Part shown: positions 1 through 10,962 of the stretch, piece after piece
How the letters are laid out: the number at the start of each line of letters is the position of its first letter
How positions within the stretch are numbered: the first letter of the stretch is position 1
NCBI RefSeq assembly: GCF_004010195.1
Contig: NC_057754.1
Span: 7,764,725-7,828,724 of the forward strand
Direction of reading: 5' to 3'
Source: Chiloscyllium plagiosum
Taxonomy: Eukaryota
DNA: 64,000 bases
Program-made: the position numbers and the translations under genes
The notes under the pieces: model-generated
What the model was told of the DNA's origin: nothing
Databases searched by the model: none
What the model saw: the letters and a program-made list of their open reading frames with translations, nothing else

Positions 1-1127
1 GTGCAGGTTCGGGTGGATTGGCCGTGCTAAATTGTCCCATAGTGCCCAGGGATGTGTAGGCTAAGCTGATTAGCCACAGGAAATGCAGGGTTAGGGTGTG
101 GGCCTGGGTGGGATGGTGATTTGATTCGATGAGCTGAATGGCCTGCTTCCACAATGTAGGGATTCTATGAATAAATGGTGGCACAGCCAGTGATGCCCAA
201 AGGCTGTGAAAGAATAACAAAAGACTTAATTCAGGGGGATATGATGGCTGCATGGAGAGTCTCAGCCTGGCAAGAGAATGGGTGTAGACTGAGGGGCTGT
301 GGACGAGTGTATGGGGGTGTATGGCGAGCACAAAGATCCATGGGAGCTGGGTAGAGAGGCACCCCTTGACGTGGGTGTGGGTGGCACACGCTGACTGCAG
401 TTCCCAGCACCCCCGAGAGGCCAGGCATGACTGATCACCCTTCAAAGGGCTGGCCTGACCCATTCAAACCTTGTTGGGAGGGGTGCGGCAGAGGTGACTG
501 TGTGCCCCTCCATTCTCCATGGTGGAGCCAAGGACTCTGGCTGCGAGAGCCATCTGGAGGTGCGTGAGCCAAACTAGACCCCACCCACCTTCAGCCCCCC
601 CCTCCCTCGACAACCACCACACACATACACCTTTAAAAAGGCAGCTCCCAGAAACTGAAAAGGCTGTGAAAAATTCGGGCATCAGCAGCTGTTCCCACCA
701 CCACCCCCCCCTCAGCCATGTCTCGAACCATCCCGACTCCGCGAAAATCCAGGTCCAATCGTCTCCCACTTGGAACGGAATCAAGGGGGAATTTGTTTTC
801 TCAGAGGGTGGATGATCGAGTCCTGGAGAGTTTTCACAAGCACAGAATGTGGTCTTCCAGCCCATCATGTCTGCACCGATTGTCAAACGTCCATCTATTC
901 AAATCCCATTTCCCAGCACTCGACCCCTCATCTTCAGCACTCTGACTTTTAGAGTTTTCATCTGAACACCTATCAAGGTGTACAGCATGGAAACAGGCCC
1001 TTCAGCCCAACTTTCAGCGTGGACCTAAGGATCTGCTTCATAAACCCATGACTATGACTTATCCATCTTGACCAGATTTCCTGAACTAATCAAGTCCCAC
1101 TCGCCTGCACTTGACCCATATCCCTCT

Positions 1128-1382
1128 CAGGAGAAAGTGAGGACTGCAGATGCTGGAGACCAGAGTTGAAAAGTGTGGTGCTGGAAAAACACAGCAGGCC
1201 AGGCAGCATTCAAGGAGCAGGAGAATCAACGTTTCGGGCATAAGCCCTTCATTCCTGAAGAAGGGCTTATGCCCGAAACGTCGATTCTCCTGATCCTTGG
1301 ACGCTGCCGGGCCTGCTGTGTTTTTCCAGCACCACACTTTTCAACTCTGGTCTCCAGCATCTGCAGTCCTCACTTTCTCCTG
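1128..1382. mobile_element. Palindromic non-autonomous PLE-derived element with hammerhead core
   Basis: Arms ggagaaagtgaggactgcagatgctggaga ... tctccagcatctgcagtcctcactttctcc. Same family at 3530-3662, 42920-43120, 49910-50010 and 63365-63450. Confidence 0.75.
1251..1286 (+). ncRNA. Minimal type I hammerhead ribozyme motif
   Basis: CUGAAGA (1255-1261), A, stem II GGGC-uuau-GCCC, GAAA (1275-1278), then C-GUC; predicted cleavage after 1282. Stem I is weak. Confidence 0.65.
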
Positions 1383-2339
1383 AGAGGGATATGGGTCAAG
1401 TGCAGGCGAGTGGGACTTGATTAGTTCAGGAAATCTGGTCAAGATGGATAAGTCATAGTCATGGGTTTATGAAGCAGATCCTTAGGTCCACGCTGAAAGT
1501 TGGGCTGAAGGGCCTGTTTCCATGCTGTACACCTTGATAGGTGTTCAGATGAAAACTCTAAAAGTCAGAGTGCTGAAGATGAGGGGTCGAGTGCTGGGAA
1601 ATGGGATTTGAATAGATGGACGTTTGACAATCGGTGCAGACATGATGGGCTGGAAGACCACATTCTGTGCTTGTGAAAACTCTCCAGGACTCGATCATCC
1701 ACCCTCTGAGAAAACAAATTCCCCCTTGATTCCGTTCCAAGTGGGAGACGATTGGACCTGGATTTTCGCGGAGTCGGGATGGTTCGAGACATGGCTGAGG
1801 GGGGGGTGGTGGTGGGAACAGCTGCTGATGCCCGAATTTTTCACAGCCTTTTCAGTTTCTGGGAGCTGCCTTTTTAAAGGTGTATGTGTGTGGTGGTTGT
1901 CGAGGGAGGGGGGGGCTGAAGGTGGGTGGGGTCTAGTTTGGCTCACGCACCTCCAGATGGCTCTCGCAGCCAGAGTCCTTGGCTCCACCATGGAGATTGG
2001 AGGGGCACACAGTCACCTCTGCCGCACCCCTCCCAACAAGGTTTGAATGGGTCAGGCCAGCCCTTTGAAGGGTGATCAGTCATGCCTGGCCTCTCGGGGG
2101 TGCTGGGAACTGCAGTCAGCGTGTGCCACCCACACCCACGTCAAGGGGTGCCTCTCTACCCAGCTCCCATGGATCTTTGTGCTCGCCATACACCCCCATA
2201 CACTCGTCCACAGCCCCTCAGTCTACACCCATTCTCTTGCCAGGCTGAGACTCTCCATGCAGCCATCATATCCCCCTGAATTAAGTCTTTTGTTATTCTT
2301 TCACAGCCTTTGGGCATCACTGGCTGTGCCACCATTTAT

Positions 2340-2710
2340 TCATAGAATCCCTACATTGTGGAAGCAGGCCATTCAGCTCATCGAATCAAATCACCATCCC
2401 ACCCAGGCCCACACCCTAACCCTGCATTTCCTGTGTCTAATCAGCTTAGCCTACACATCCCTGGGCACTATGGGACAATTTAGCACGGCCAATCCACCCT
2501 AACCTGCACATCCCTGGGCACTATGGGGCAATTTAGCACGGCCAATCCACCCTAACCTGCACATCTTCAGACTATGAGAGGGAACTGGAGCACCCAGAGG
2601 AAACAAACGTGTAAACTCCACACAGACAGTCATCCAAGGGTGGAATTGAACCCAAGTCCCTGGCACCATGAGGCAGCGGGGCTAACCCACTGAGCTACCA
2701 TGCCACCCCT
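2340..2710 (-). mobile_element. HE1-type V-SINE (tRNA-derived) with internal ~53-bp duplication
   Basis: Reverse complement shows head ggcatggtagctcagtgg, B box ggttcaattcc and body gatgtgcaggttagggtggattggccgtgctaaattg. Confidence 0.85.
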
Positions 2711-2875
2711 TTATCGTCCATCTCTAACTGCCCTGTGGGAGGTTCGGAGTCCTGTCCTCATTTATATGCTGCCCTCCTCCTTCTCAGTGGTGGGTTCAAG
2801 GATTTGGAAGGTGCTATCTAAGGATCTTTGGTGACTTGCTGCAGTGCATCTTTTAGATGGTACATACTGCTGCTA

Positions 2876-3280
2876 CTGAACATTTTCCATCGTGGGACCA
2901 TCCAACCATACGGTATTAATGTCAACTTCACCAATTTGCTCATCTCCCCTCCCCCACCCTCATCCAAGATCCAACCCTCCAACTCAGCACCGCCCTCGTG
3001 AGCTGTCCTACCTGTCCATCTCCCTTTCCATCTATCCACTCCACCCACTCCTCTGACCTATCACCATCACCCCCCAACCTGCATCTACCTATCACCTTCC
3101 CAGCTACCTCACCCCCACCCTCCTATTAATCTCTTCCCACCCTCCACGTTCCTGCTAAAGGGCTCATGCCTGTAACGTCGACTCTCCTGCTCCTCGGATG
3201 CTGCCTACGTGCTGTGCTTTTCCAGCCACACCTTTCGACTCTGACTCTCGAGCATCTACAGTCCTCACTTTGTCCTTCTA
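2876..3280 (+). mobile_element. Penelope-like element 3' remnant (endonuclease C-terminus, 3' region, decayed hammerhead)
   Basis: Translates NIFHRGTIQPYGINVNFTNL, resembling the PLE C-terminal LIFRLGTLQPxGINxxF motif. Followed by a C-rich tract and a decayed core cctgctaaagggctcatgcctgtaacgtcg. Confidence 0.7.
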
Positions 3281-3529
3281 CTGAAAGTCAGTGGTGGAGG
3301 GAGTGGATGCTTGTGGATGCGGTGCCAATTGATCAGCTGCTCTGTCCCAGTTGGTATCAAGCCTCGAGTGTTGTTGGAGGTGCACCCATCCAGGGGCAAG
3401 TGGGGGAGTATTCCATCACCCCCCTGACTTGTGCCTTGTAGGTGGTGGACAGGCTTTAGGAAGTCAAGAGGTGAATTACTGGCAGAATTCCCAGCCTCTG
3501 AGCTGCTTCGACCATCCTTTCAGGCAGTG

Positions 3530-3662
3530 TTCATTCCTGAAGAAGGGCTTATGCCCGAAACGTCGATTCTCCTGTTCCCTGGATGCTGCCTGACCTGCTG
3601 CGCTTTTCCAGCAACACATTTCCAGCTCTGATCTCCAGCATCTGCAGACCTCACTTTCTCCT
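3530..3662 (+). mobile_element. PLE-derived short element with intact hammerhead core
   Basis: CUGAAGA 3537-3543, GGGC-uuau-GCCC, GAAA 3557-3560, CGUC 3561-3564; tail matches the right arm of 1128-1382. Confidence 0.7.
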
Positions 3663-4299
3663 CAAAGTGTTCCATATCACCACAACTAAACTTAAAAAAG
3701 AGATTCTCATCATCCCCTCTAGTTCTTTTGTCTATTCTGTGCCCTTGTCGTCATCCACACTCCTTTCAGTAGAAACAGCTTCCCATTTCATGAACTCTGC
3801 CGAACTGCGCGTCATTTGGAAAGCTAATTTACACAGGGAATGAGTCCAAGATGCACTCTTGTAACTGACTAGGTGCGTCCATGCATAAGCTGAGGAGAGA
3901 CCTGCCGGTTCTGGTCAATATGTGTTCATTGATGGTTTTCATAGAAAGCTGAAAATTGCTACTTTTCTGCTCTCTGGGGACCTTGCTGGGCTCAAGTCAA
4001 CTCCAGTTTTCCCCATGTTTTAACAGCAGCTGCAACACCTTTTTATGTTCATATGGCACCTTCCAATTCAATTCAGTTTAATTTAATTCACAGGAGCGTG
4101 GCCAAAGGTTTGGAGCTCCCCGCCCCCCAAAAAAAGGAAGGTATTGGTTTTGGACCCAGCCGTGATCTTATTGAATGGGGCTGAACGACTTTTTTATGGT
4201 CTGGAGTCTTTGTTTTTTTTAAGGGAAGGAAGTGGGTTGCAGAGGGGGAGAAATTCCCTGTTGCCATGATACTTCCACTCAGGCTCTGGGGCACCGACT

Positions 4300-4550
4300 A
4301 GGCCTCTGAAGGGGGCGGGGCAATGGTGCGGGGGGGGGGAGGGGCAAAGGACTACAACTCCCAGCGGCCCCCGGGGCGGGGCGTACGCTCCGCGGCAACC
4401 GCACGCCGATTGGCTCGCGTGACCCGGCGCTGGGAGGCGATTGGAGAGCGGGGGGCCGTCAATCACGCGGAGGGGCGGAAGTGGGGCTGGAGAGTGTCAT
4501 GGCCGGGGCTGTGTGAGGGGGACATGTGAGCAGCAGCAAGCAGCAGACAG
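4300..4550 (+). promoter_or_regulatory. CpG-island promoter and probable non-coding exon 1 of the AKR gene
   Basis: CpG-dense. GC boxes at 4311 and 4373, ZNF143-associated motif ACTACAACTCCCAGC 4351-4365, reverse CCAAT boxes 4409-4413 and 4440-4444, ETS motif CGGAAGTG 4476-4483, splice donor CAG|GTAACC at 4550/4551. Confidence 0.7.
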
Positions 4551-5644
4551 GTAACCTACCAGCTACAGGTCCTGCCTTTAACACTGTGGCCTTTGCAGGT
4601 AATGCAGAGGCTACACGAATTCTGCATTCATACTGATGCTATTAATAGTTTTACCAGGTCTGCTGTCCCATTAGACAGTGACCATGTGGGAGGTGCTGGT
4701 GTTGGACTGGAGGGTGGGCAAAGCCTTTTAAAATAAAAACCACAATACACCAGGTTACAGTCCAACAGGTTTATTTGAAAGTACATTCCTCTGCTCCTTT
4801 GTTGGGTAGTTAGTGGCGCAGGATACACAGGGCACGGGATTTATAAGTAAAAGATCAAAATGTGGTACATCTCATGCAATGTGTTGAACAAACCCACGTG
4901 AGTCTTTAATCACTTAGAACGGGGAGGCTGGTTTCGATGGATTGAGAGAGGGACTGACTGGCTGAGGGCTGCTGTACTCCAGGCGGGAGGTGGGGGGCGG
5001 CAAAAAGAGAGAGAGATACTGAGACTGAGGAGATCTCTTCGTGGTAACCTCAGCCGGTCATGGGTTTCGAACTTGGTGCCACAAAATGCCGCCAACCGAT
5101 CTTCTGGCTGACAGAGCTGAACTGACCCCCACTCCCACGTTGGGATGCCTAATTCCCCACCATTAAAAAATCAAATACTTCCCCTGCCCCCCCTTCCCCC
5201 AATCACCACCACCACCATTGTTGCTTCTCGGCATCATGGGGGTGCACGCTCAGATACCCAGTGCATCAAAAGTGTAAAAATAAAGGACACGCGGTGTGGG
5301 ATCTAATTTCGTGGCCACCGGGGGTCAGAGCCATGTCCCTCGACGATCACCTCTTTCTCTCAATCTCAGGTAACCCAGTCTCCGTCCATTGGAATAAAAA
5401 TCCAGGGGAAAAAAAATTGATAACTTTTTTTCCTGCCTGTAAAGAAATTATTTTGGTTTGGATGTTAATGATGCGCAGGGATAAGGCAAGAGACTGGTAC
5501 TGGGGAGCAGTGCCAGACGAGATGACTGAGTCAGTGCGGCACAGTGGGCCGAATGGCCTCATACTGCACCACATCAATTTTGTGTAAAAAAACAAAAATG
5601 TGATTTTGTGTATGTGAAATATAAAAATGTTAGCCACTTAGAGC

Positions 5645-6035
5645 AGCACCGTGGCTCAGTGGTTAGCACTGCTGCCTCACAGTGCCAGGGACCCGGGTTC
5701 GATCACACCCTCGGGCAACTGTGTGGACTTTGCACATTCTGCTTATGACTGCCTGAGGTTTCCTCCGGCTGCTCCGGTTTCCTCCCACAGTCCAAAGATG
5801 TGCAGGTTAGGGTGTATTGGCCGTGCTAAATTGTCCCAGAGTGTCCAGGGATGTGCAGGTTAGGGTGGATTGGCCGTGCTAAATTGTCCCATAGTGCCCA
5901 GTGCAGGTTAGGGTGGATTAGCCGTGGGGAATGCAGGGTTACAGGGATAGGGTGGCAGGTGGGTCTTTGGATGTTTGGTTTTGACTTGATGGGTTGAATG
6001 GCCTGCTTCCACACAGTAGGGATTTTATGATTCTA
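5645..6035 (+). mobile_element. HE1-type V-SINE
   Basis: A box gtggctcagtgg, B box gggttcgatc, V-SINE core ggtttcctcccacagtccaaagatgtgcagg, CR1-like tail. Confidence 0.85.
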
Positions 6036-6931
6036 GGGAGGGTACCCTCATAAGAACAGCGGTAGGTGATTGCATCCATCCTTCACTGGATTGGCTCAAG
6101 GCACTGGATCCCTGCTGATGTGAGGCGGCAGTGCTAACCACTGAGCCTCCTTGCTGCCCACAGTGTTCAAGGGTGTGCAGGTTGGGTGCATTAGTCAGGG
6201 GTTAAATATAAGGGAATGGGTCTGGGTGGGTTACCCTTCGGAAGGTTGGTGTGGACATGTTGGGCCGAAGGGCCTGTTTCCACACTGTACGGGGTTCTAT
6301 GATTCATTCTATGACTATAATAATCCCGCAATCTACAGCCAGATCTTTCCTTCCATTTTGTCAGATGCCAGATGTGAATTCAAAAGAAAGAAATTCTAAA
6401 GCTTGCATCCGAACATACTACTCTGATGTATCACATATCATTCAAAATTGAGCCCCATGAAATATGACCATACTGTGGCAAGCATTTGACTGAGGAACAC
6501 TAGGTCCTTGCAGCCTCCTCCACCATTCAATAGGGTCATGGCTGATCTGATATGAGTCCGTTCGTTTCCAAATACTACTGACATTCTTATCTTTGGGTTC
6601 CAATGTGCCAAATCTTATCGTGTTCCCAGGAAAATGAGGGATAAAAGAAACCTGTTGGAAACCAGTATAACGTAGAAATGAACTTGCTGCTTGTACCAGA
6701 GTTGACCAGGAAGTATTGGGATTACTGACTTCCTGGCATTTGGAACACCCTCAATTAAAAAGTCTTTTCTGGTGCAGACAGAGCCATTCGGCCTGTCGCA
6801 TTCAGGCTGGGCTTTCCCAAGGAGTGCTTCCCCCAGCAACACTCCCCTGCACTCCTGCCCACTCTCCCTGTTCAGATAATAATCCTGATTCCCTGTTAAA
6901 GGCCTGGATTGAACCTGTCTCCCCGCAAGAC

Positions 6932-7525
6932 AGGACATTCCAGACCCTAACCCCTCGGGTGAACCTCCCCCTCACCCCCACACACTCAGTATGTTTCAGA
7001 CCCTAACCCCTCGAGAGAATCTCCCCCTCACCACCACACACTCAGTATGTTTCAGACCCTAACCCCTTGAGTGAACATCCCCCTCACCCCCACACACTCA
7101 GTATGTTTCAGACCCTAACCCCTCGGGTGAACCTCCCCCTCACCCCCACACACTCAGTATGTTTCAGACCCTAACCCCTCGAGAGAATCTCCCCCTCACC
7201 ACCACACACTCAGTATGTTTCAGACCCTAACCCCTTGAGTGAACATCCCCCTCACCCCCACACACTCAGTATGTTTCAGACCCTAACCCCTCGGGTGAAC
7301 CTCCCCCTCACCCCCACACACTCAGTATGTTTCAGACCCTAACCCCTCGAGTGAACCTCCCCCTCACCCCCACACACTCAGACAGTACGTTTCAGACCCT
7401 AACCCCTCGAGTGAACCTGCCTCCCCCTGACACCGTGAGACAGTACATTCCAGACCCTAACCCCTTGAGTCAACCTCCCCCTCCCCCAAACTGTCAGACA
7501 GTACATTCCAGACCCGAACCCCTCG
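6932..7525. repeat. 56-bp minisatellite, about 10 units
   Basis: Motif gtatgtttcagaccctaacccc recurs with its ATG at 6991, 7047, 7103, 7159, 7215, 7271 and 7327. Confidence 0.95.
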
Positions 7526-8436
7526 CTGTGTTAAATTTTCCCTGAAATCCTTTTTTATTTGTTTTCCGTACCCTCCTGTTCTCAACCCTGCGTGAATGGT
7601 TTCTCCCCATTTTCTGTCCAAGCCCCTCAGCATTTTGGACAGCTCCTGTTGGATTTCTTGCCAGCTTTCTCTTCACTGACATTACCAACTTCTCGAGTCT
7701 TGAGAGCTAACGTTCCTCATCCCCGGAATCATCCATGTCGGACTCTGCCCCTCGAAGGATAGTACTATGGGAGTGCCACATTGGCAGAGTTTCCATTCTA
7801 GTCAATGTCCCAGCTGCCCCTTGACTGACACTAAAGGATCCCGTGACTGCTGTTGAGAAAGGGAGAGGCGAATGGGTGGCCTCGTTGGGGTGTTGACCAA
7901 CATTTATGTCGTACCCACCCTCACTGAAACGTGATCTGCTCATTAACCCCATCGCTGGGAGTGGGACCCAGCCCTGAGCAAGTTAGCTCCAAGCTGAAGG
8001 TTCGTCACTGTCAGTGAAATGCTCGGGCTTCCCGAGTACATGACTGGCGCTACAGAAATGCAGGTCTTCCTTTCCTCCTACGTTTTTGGGTAGCATTTGG
8101 ACAGCAAGTGCAGTCTCGACAGAGACAGCAAGTCGGAAACGGGGTGGGGTCGATGTAGGGTGGGGGTTAAGATAGCTGAAATTCTATCAACGTGAGTCAA
8201 CAGGGAGTAGCCAGGTACGAGATGTGACATGTTTGATGCGATGTTTGCGCAGTGAGTTCTTACGTGGTCTCTGGAAAGATGCAGCAAATAATTTCAACCG
8301 CACCGGTCAAAATATCTTTGACTTAAGTCCTCAGAACTCTTGCAAATTTACCAGAGCGTTGGGGAAGGGTTGGGATTAATCGGATAATGTGGGTCATTAC
8401 TGGAAAGAGAGGCATCCTGCCAACATTGTGCGTCCT

Positions 8437-8725
8437 GCACGGTGGCACAGTGGTTAGCACTGCTGCCTCACAGCGCCAGGGATTTGGGTTCAATTCCCAC
8501 CTTCGGCGACTGTCTGTGTGGAGTTTGCACATTCTCCCCGTGTCTGCATGGGTTTCCTCCCAAAGATGTGCAGGTTAGGGTGAATTGGCCGTGCTAAATT
8601 GCCCGTAATGTTAGGTGAAGGGGTAAATGTAGGGGTATGGGTGGGTTGCTCTTCGGAGGGTCGGTGTGGACTTGTTGGGCCGAAGGGCCCGTTTCCACAC
8701 TGTAGGGGACCTAATCTAATCAAAT
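8437..8725 (+). mobile_element. HE1-type V-SINE
   Basis: gcacggtggcacagtggttagcactgctgcctcacagcgccagg head; (ctaat) tail. Confidence 0.85.
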
Positions 8726-8949
8726 CATGTTATGGGCTTGCCTGTATATTTCCAACTAATTCTTAAATTGTCATTTTTCTGCCTGTTGTGGGAGGTGAGT
8801 GTCTGAGGCAGCATTGCTGCCTTTTCAACCACACCAAGTTTCAATTGGATAACTCTTATCATTGAGCTGGCACAGGCTGTCTGGGCTGAATGGCCACATT
8901 CTGAACTGAATGCTTCTGAGAAGCTCCACAGGACCAGGTGAGGTCTGAG

Positions 8950-9590
8950 CAGAAGAAGTAGCAGCAGAAATAGGCCATTCGGCCCATCAAACCTGCTCCT
9001 CCTGCAACATGGAGGGATATGGGCCGGGTGCTGGCAGGTGGGACTAGATTGGGTTGGGATATCTGGTCGGCATGGACGGGTTGGACCGAAGGGTGTGTTT
9101 CTGTGCTGTACATCTCTATGACTGTATTAGATCGTGGTTGATCTGGTCATCTTCAACTCTACTCTCCTGCCTATTCCCCATACTCTTTGATTCCCTCCCT
9201 GGTTTAGAACTCTGTTTATCTCAGCCTTCGATATACTTACTGACCCAGCCTCGACATCCCTCTGTGGTGAAGAATTCCACGGATTCACTCCCCTCTGAGA
9301 GAAGAAATTGCAAACCATCTCAGTCTTAATCATGTGACCCCTTATTCTGAGATTACGGCCTCTGGTCCGAGACTCTGCCGCAAGGGGGAGACTGCCTCTC
9401 TGCATCTACTCTGTAAGAACTTCAATAAGGTCGCCTCTCAGCGCTCGAAATTCCAATGAGTACTGGCCCAATCTACTCCACCTCTCCTCATAAGACAATC
9501 CATGCAGACCTAGTACAGCCCAGCGGACCTTCTCTGGACTGCCTCCGATGCCAGTATAGCTTCCCTTAGGTAAGGGACCCAGAACTGTTC
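8950..9590 (-). mobile_element. CR1/HER1-like LINE 3' remnant with an opposite-strand CR1 tail nested at ~9010-9125
   Basis: ORF 9127..9405(-) contains SRTRGRNLRI...NFFSQRGVNPWNS, typical of the CR1 ORF2 C-terminus. Confidence 0.75.
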
Positions 9591-9639
9591 CCTTTGCAAC
9601 TTAGGCCAATATTACATTTACCTTCCATACTAACCACTG

Positions 9640-9952
9640 CGCGGGGCAGCACATTGGCTCAGTGGGTTAGCACTGCTGCCCCCCACAGCGCCAGGTTCGA
9701 TTCCAGCCTCGGGCGACTGTCTTTGTGGAGTTTGCATATTCTCCCCGTGTCTGCATGGGTTTCCTCCCATAATTCCAGGGATGTGCAGGTTAGGGTGGAT
9801 TGGCCATGCTAAATTGTCCCATAGGGATTTGCAGGTTAGGTGCATTAGTCAGGGGTAAATGTAGTAGGGTACTGGGTGGGTTACTCTTTGAAGGGTCAGT
9901 GTGGACTTGTTGGGCTGAAGGGCCTGTTTCCATACTGTAGGGATTCTATGAT
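9640..9952 (+). mobile_element. HE1-type V-SINE
   Basis: Head ggcagcacattggctcagtgg, B box ggttcgattcc, conserved body and tail. Confidence 0.8.
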
Positions 9953-10516
9953 AAGTTGGGTGCTAGCGTTTTGTGATCCATGGATGAGAGCTCCCAATTC
10001 CTTCTATTCCATAGCATTCCGTTTAAATAATCTTTGGCTCTGTTCACATTTCCCCACATTGTATTTCATCTGCCAAATCTTTGCACACTCATTTAACGTG
10101 TCTGTGTCCCTAAGCAGATTCTGAGAGTCATCCTCACCACTTGCCTTTCCATGTACATTTGTACTGTCCAGAGATTTGGCGATTAATATATTCACTTTCC
10201 TCATCCAAGTTATTCATATCATAGAATCCCTACAGTACAGAAAGAGGCCATTCGGCCCATTGAATTTGCACTGGCTCTCCGAACAGCATCCCACCCTATC
10301 CCCCAATCCTGCCTTCCCATGGCTAGCCCACCTCGCCTGCACATCCCTGGACACTGTGCGGTAATTTTCCACAGCCAGTCCACTGAAACCTGGATATCTT
10401 TGAACTGTATTGAGAGAGGCTGGTACAATGACAACATTTTAAAGGCATCTGGATGGGACATGAATAGGAAGGGTTTGGGGGGATATGGGCCAAGTGCTGG
10501 CAAATGGGACTAGATT

Positions 10517-10705
10517 AAGTTAAAAATCACACAACACCAGGGTATAGTCCAACACGTTTTGGTTGGAAGCACTAGCTTTCGGACACCCACCTGATGAAGG
10601 AGCAGCGCTCCGAAAGCTAGTGCTTCCAAATAAACCTGTTGGACTCTAACCTGGTGTTGTGTGATTTTTGTCCACCCCAATCCAACACCGGCATCTCCAA
10701 ATCGA
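10517..10705. mobile_element. Palindromic PLE-derived element (second family) with 9-bp target-site duplication
   Basis: Inverted arms 10522-10583 and 10609-10669, flanked by gactagatt at 10508-10516 and 10706-10714. A related decayed sequence starts near 4735. Confidence 0.75.
10588..10622 (+). ncRNA. Minimal type I hammerhead ribozyme motif
   Basis: Stem I CAC/GUG; CUGAUGA 10591-10597; stem II GGAGC-agc-GCUCC; GAAA 10612-10615; self-complementary AGCU stem III; CUA cleavage triplet ending at 10619. Confidence 0.75.
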
Positions 10706-10962
10706 GACTAGATTGGTCTCTCCCATCCAGATATCCTAAATTAAAGTGTCTGTAGGACTCGTCGTATCTCCCTAATCCATTTGGTTATTCTGGTGAAGAG
10801 TCACCGGACTAGGAATGTTAACTGTGCTTTCTGTCTCGCTCCAGACCTGCTGAGTTTCTCCAGCTGTGTGTGTTTTTTTTTGCTGTTTCAGATCCCCAGC
10901 GCCCGGGGTCCTTGTTACTTCCCCGTTGTGTCCTCCAATTCCCAGCGGTCTGAACAGGGAGG

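Larger units (their letters stand above)
1..2509. repeat. Large near-perfect inverted repeat (arms of at least 1.25 kb, axis ~1255)
   Basis: Position i mirrors 2510-i. ORF pairs 231..428(-)/2082..2279(+), 519..815(+)/1695..1991(-) and 770..952(+)/1558..1740(-) are identical. I see only about 3 mismatches in the outer arms. Confidence 0.95.

Noticed and set aside
464..2502. Duplicated ORFs of 60-151 aa in the palindrome arms
   Set aside because: No recognisable domains; the duplication simply reflects the inverted repeat.
6932..7525. CRISPR-like appearance of regular repeats (also at 22.5, 52.5 and 55.7 kb)
   Set aside because: No unique spacers, no cas genes, and a vertebrate context; these are minisatellites.
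10871..10891. Alternative AKR splice acceptor (tttttgctgtttcag)
   Set aside because: It lies inside a PLE-derived repeat tail; the acceptor at 10945 in unique sequence is preferred, although this cannot be settled without RNA data.
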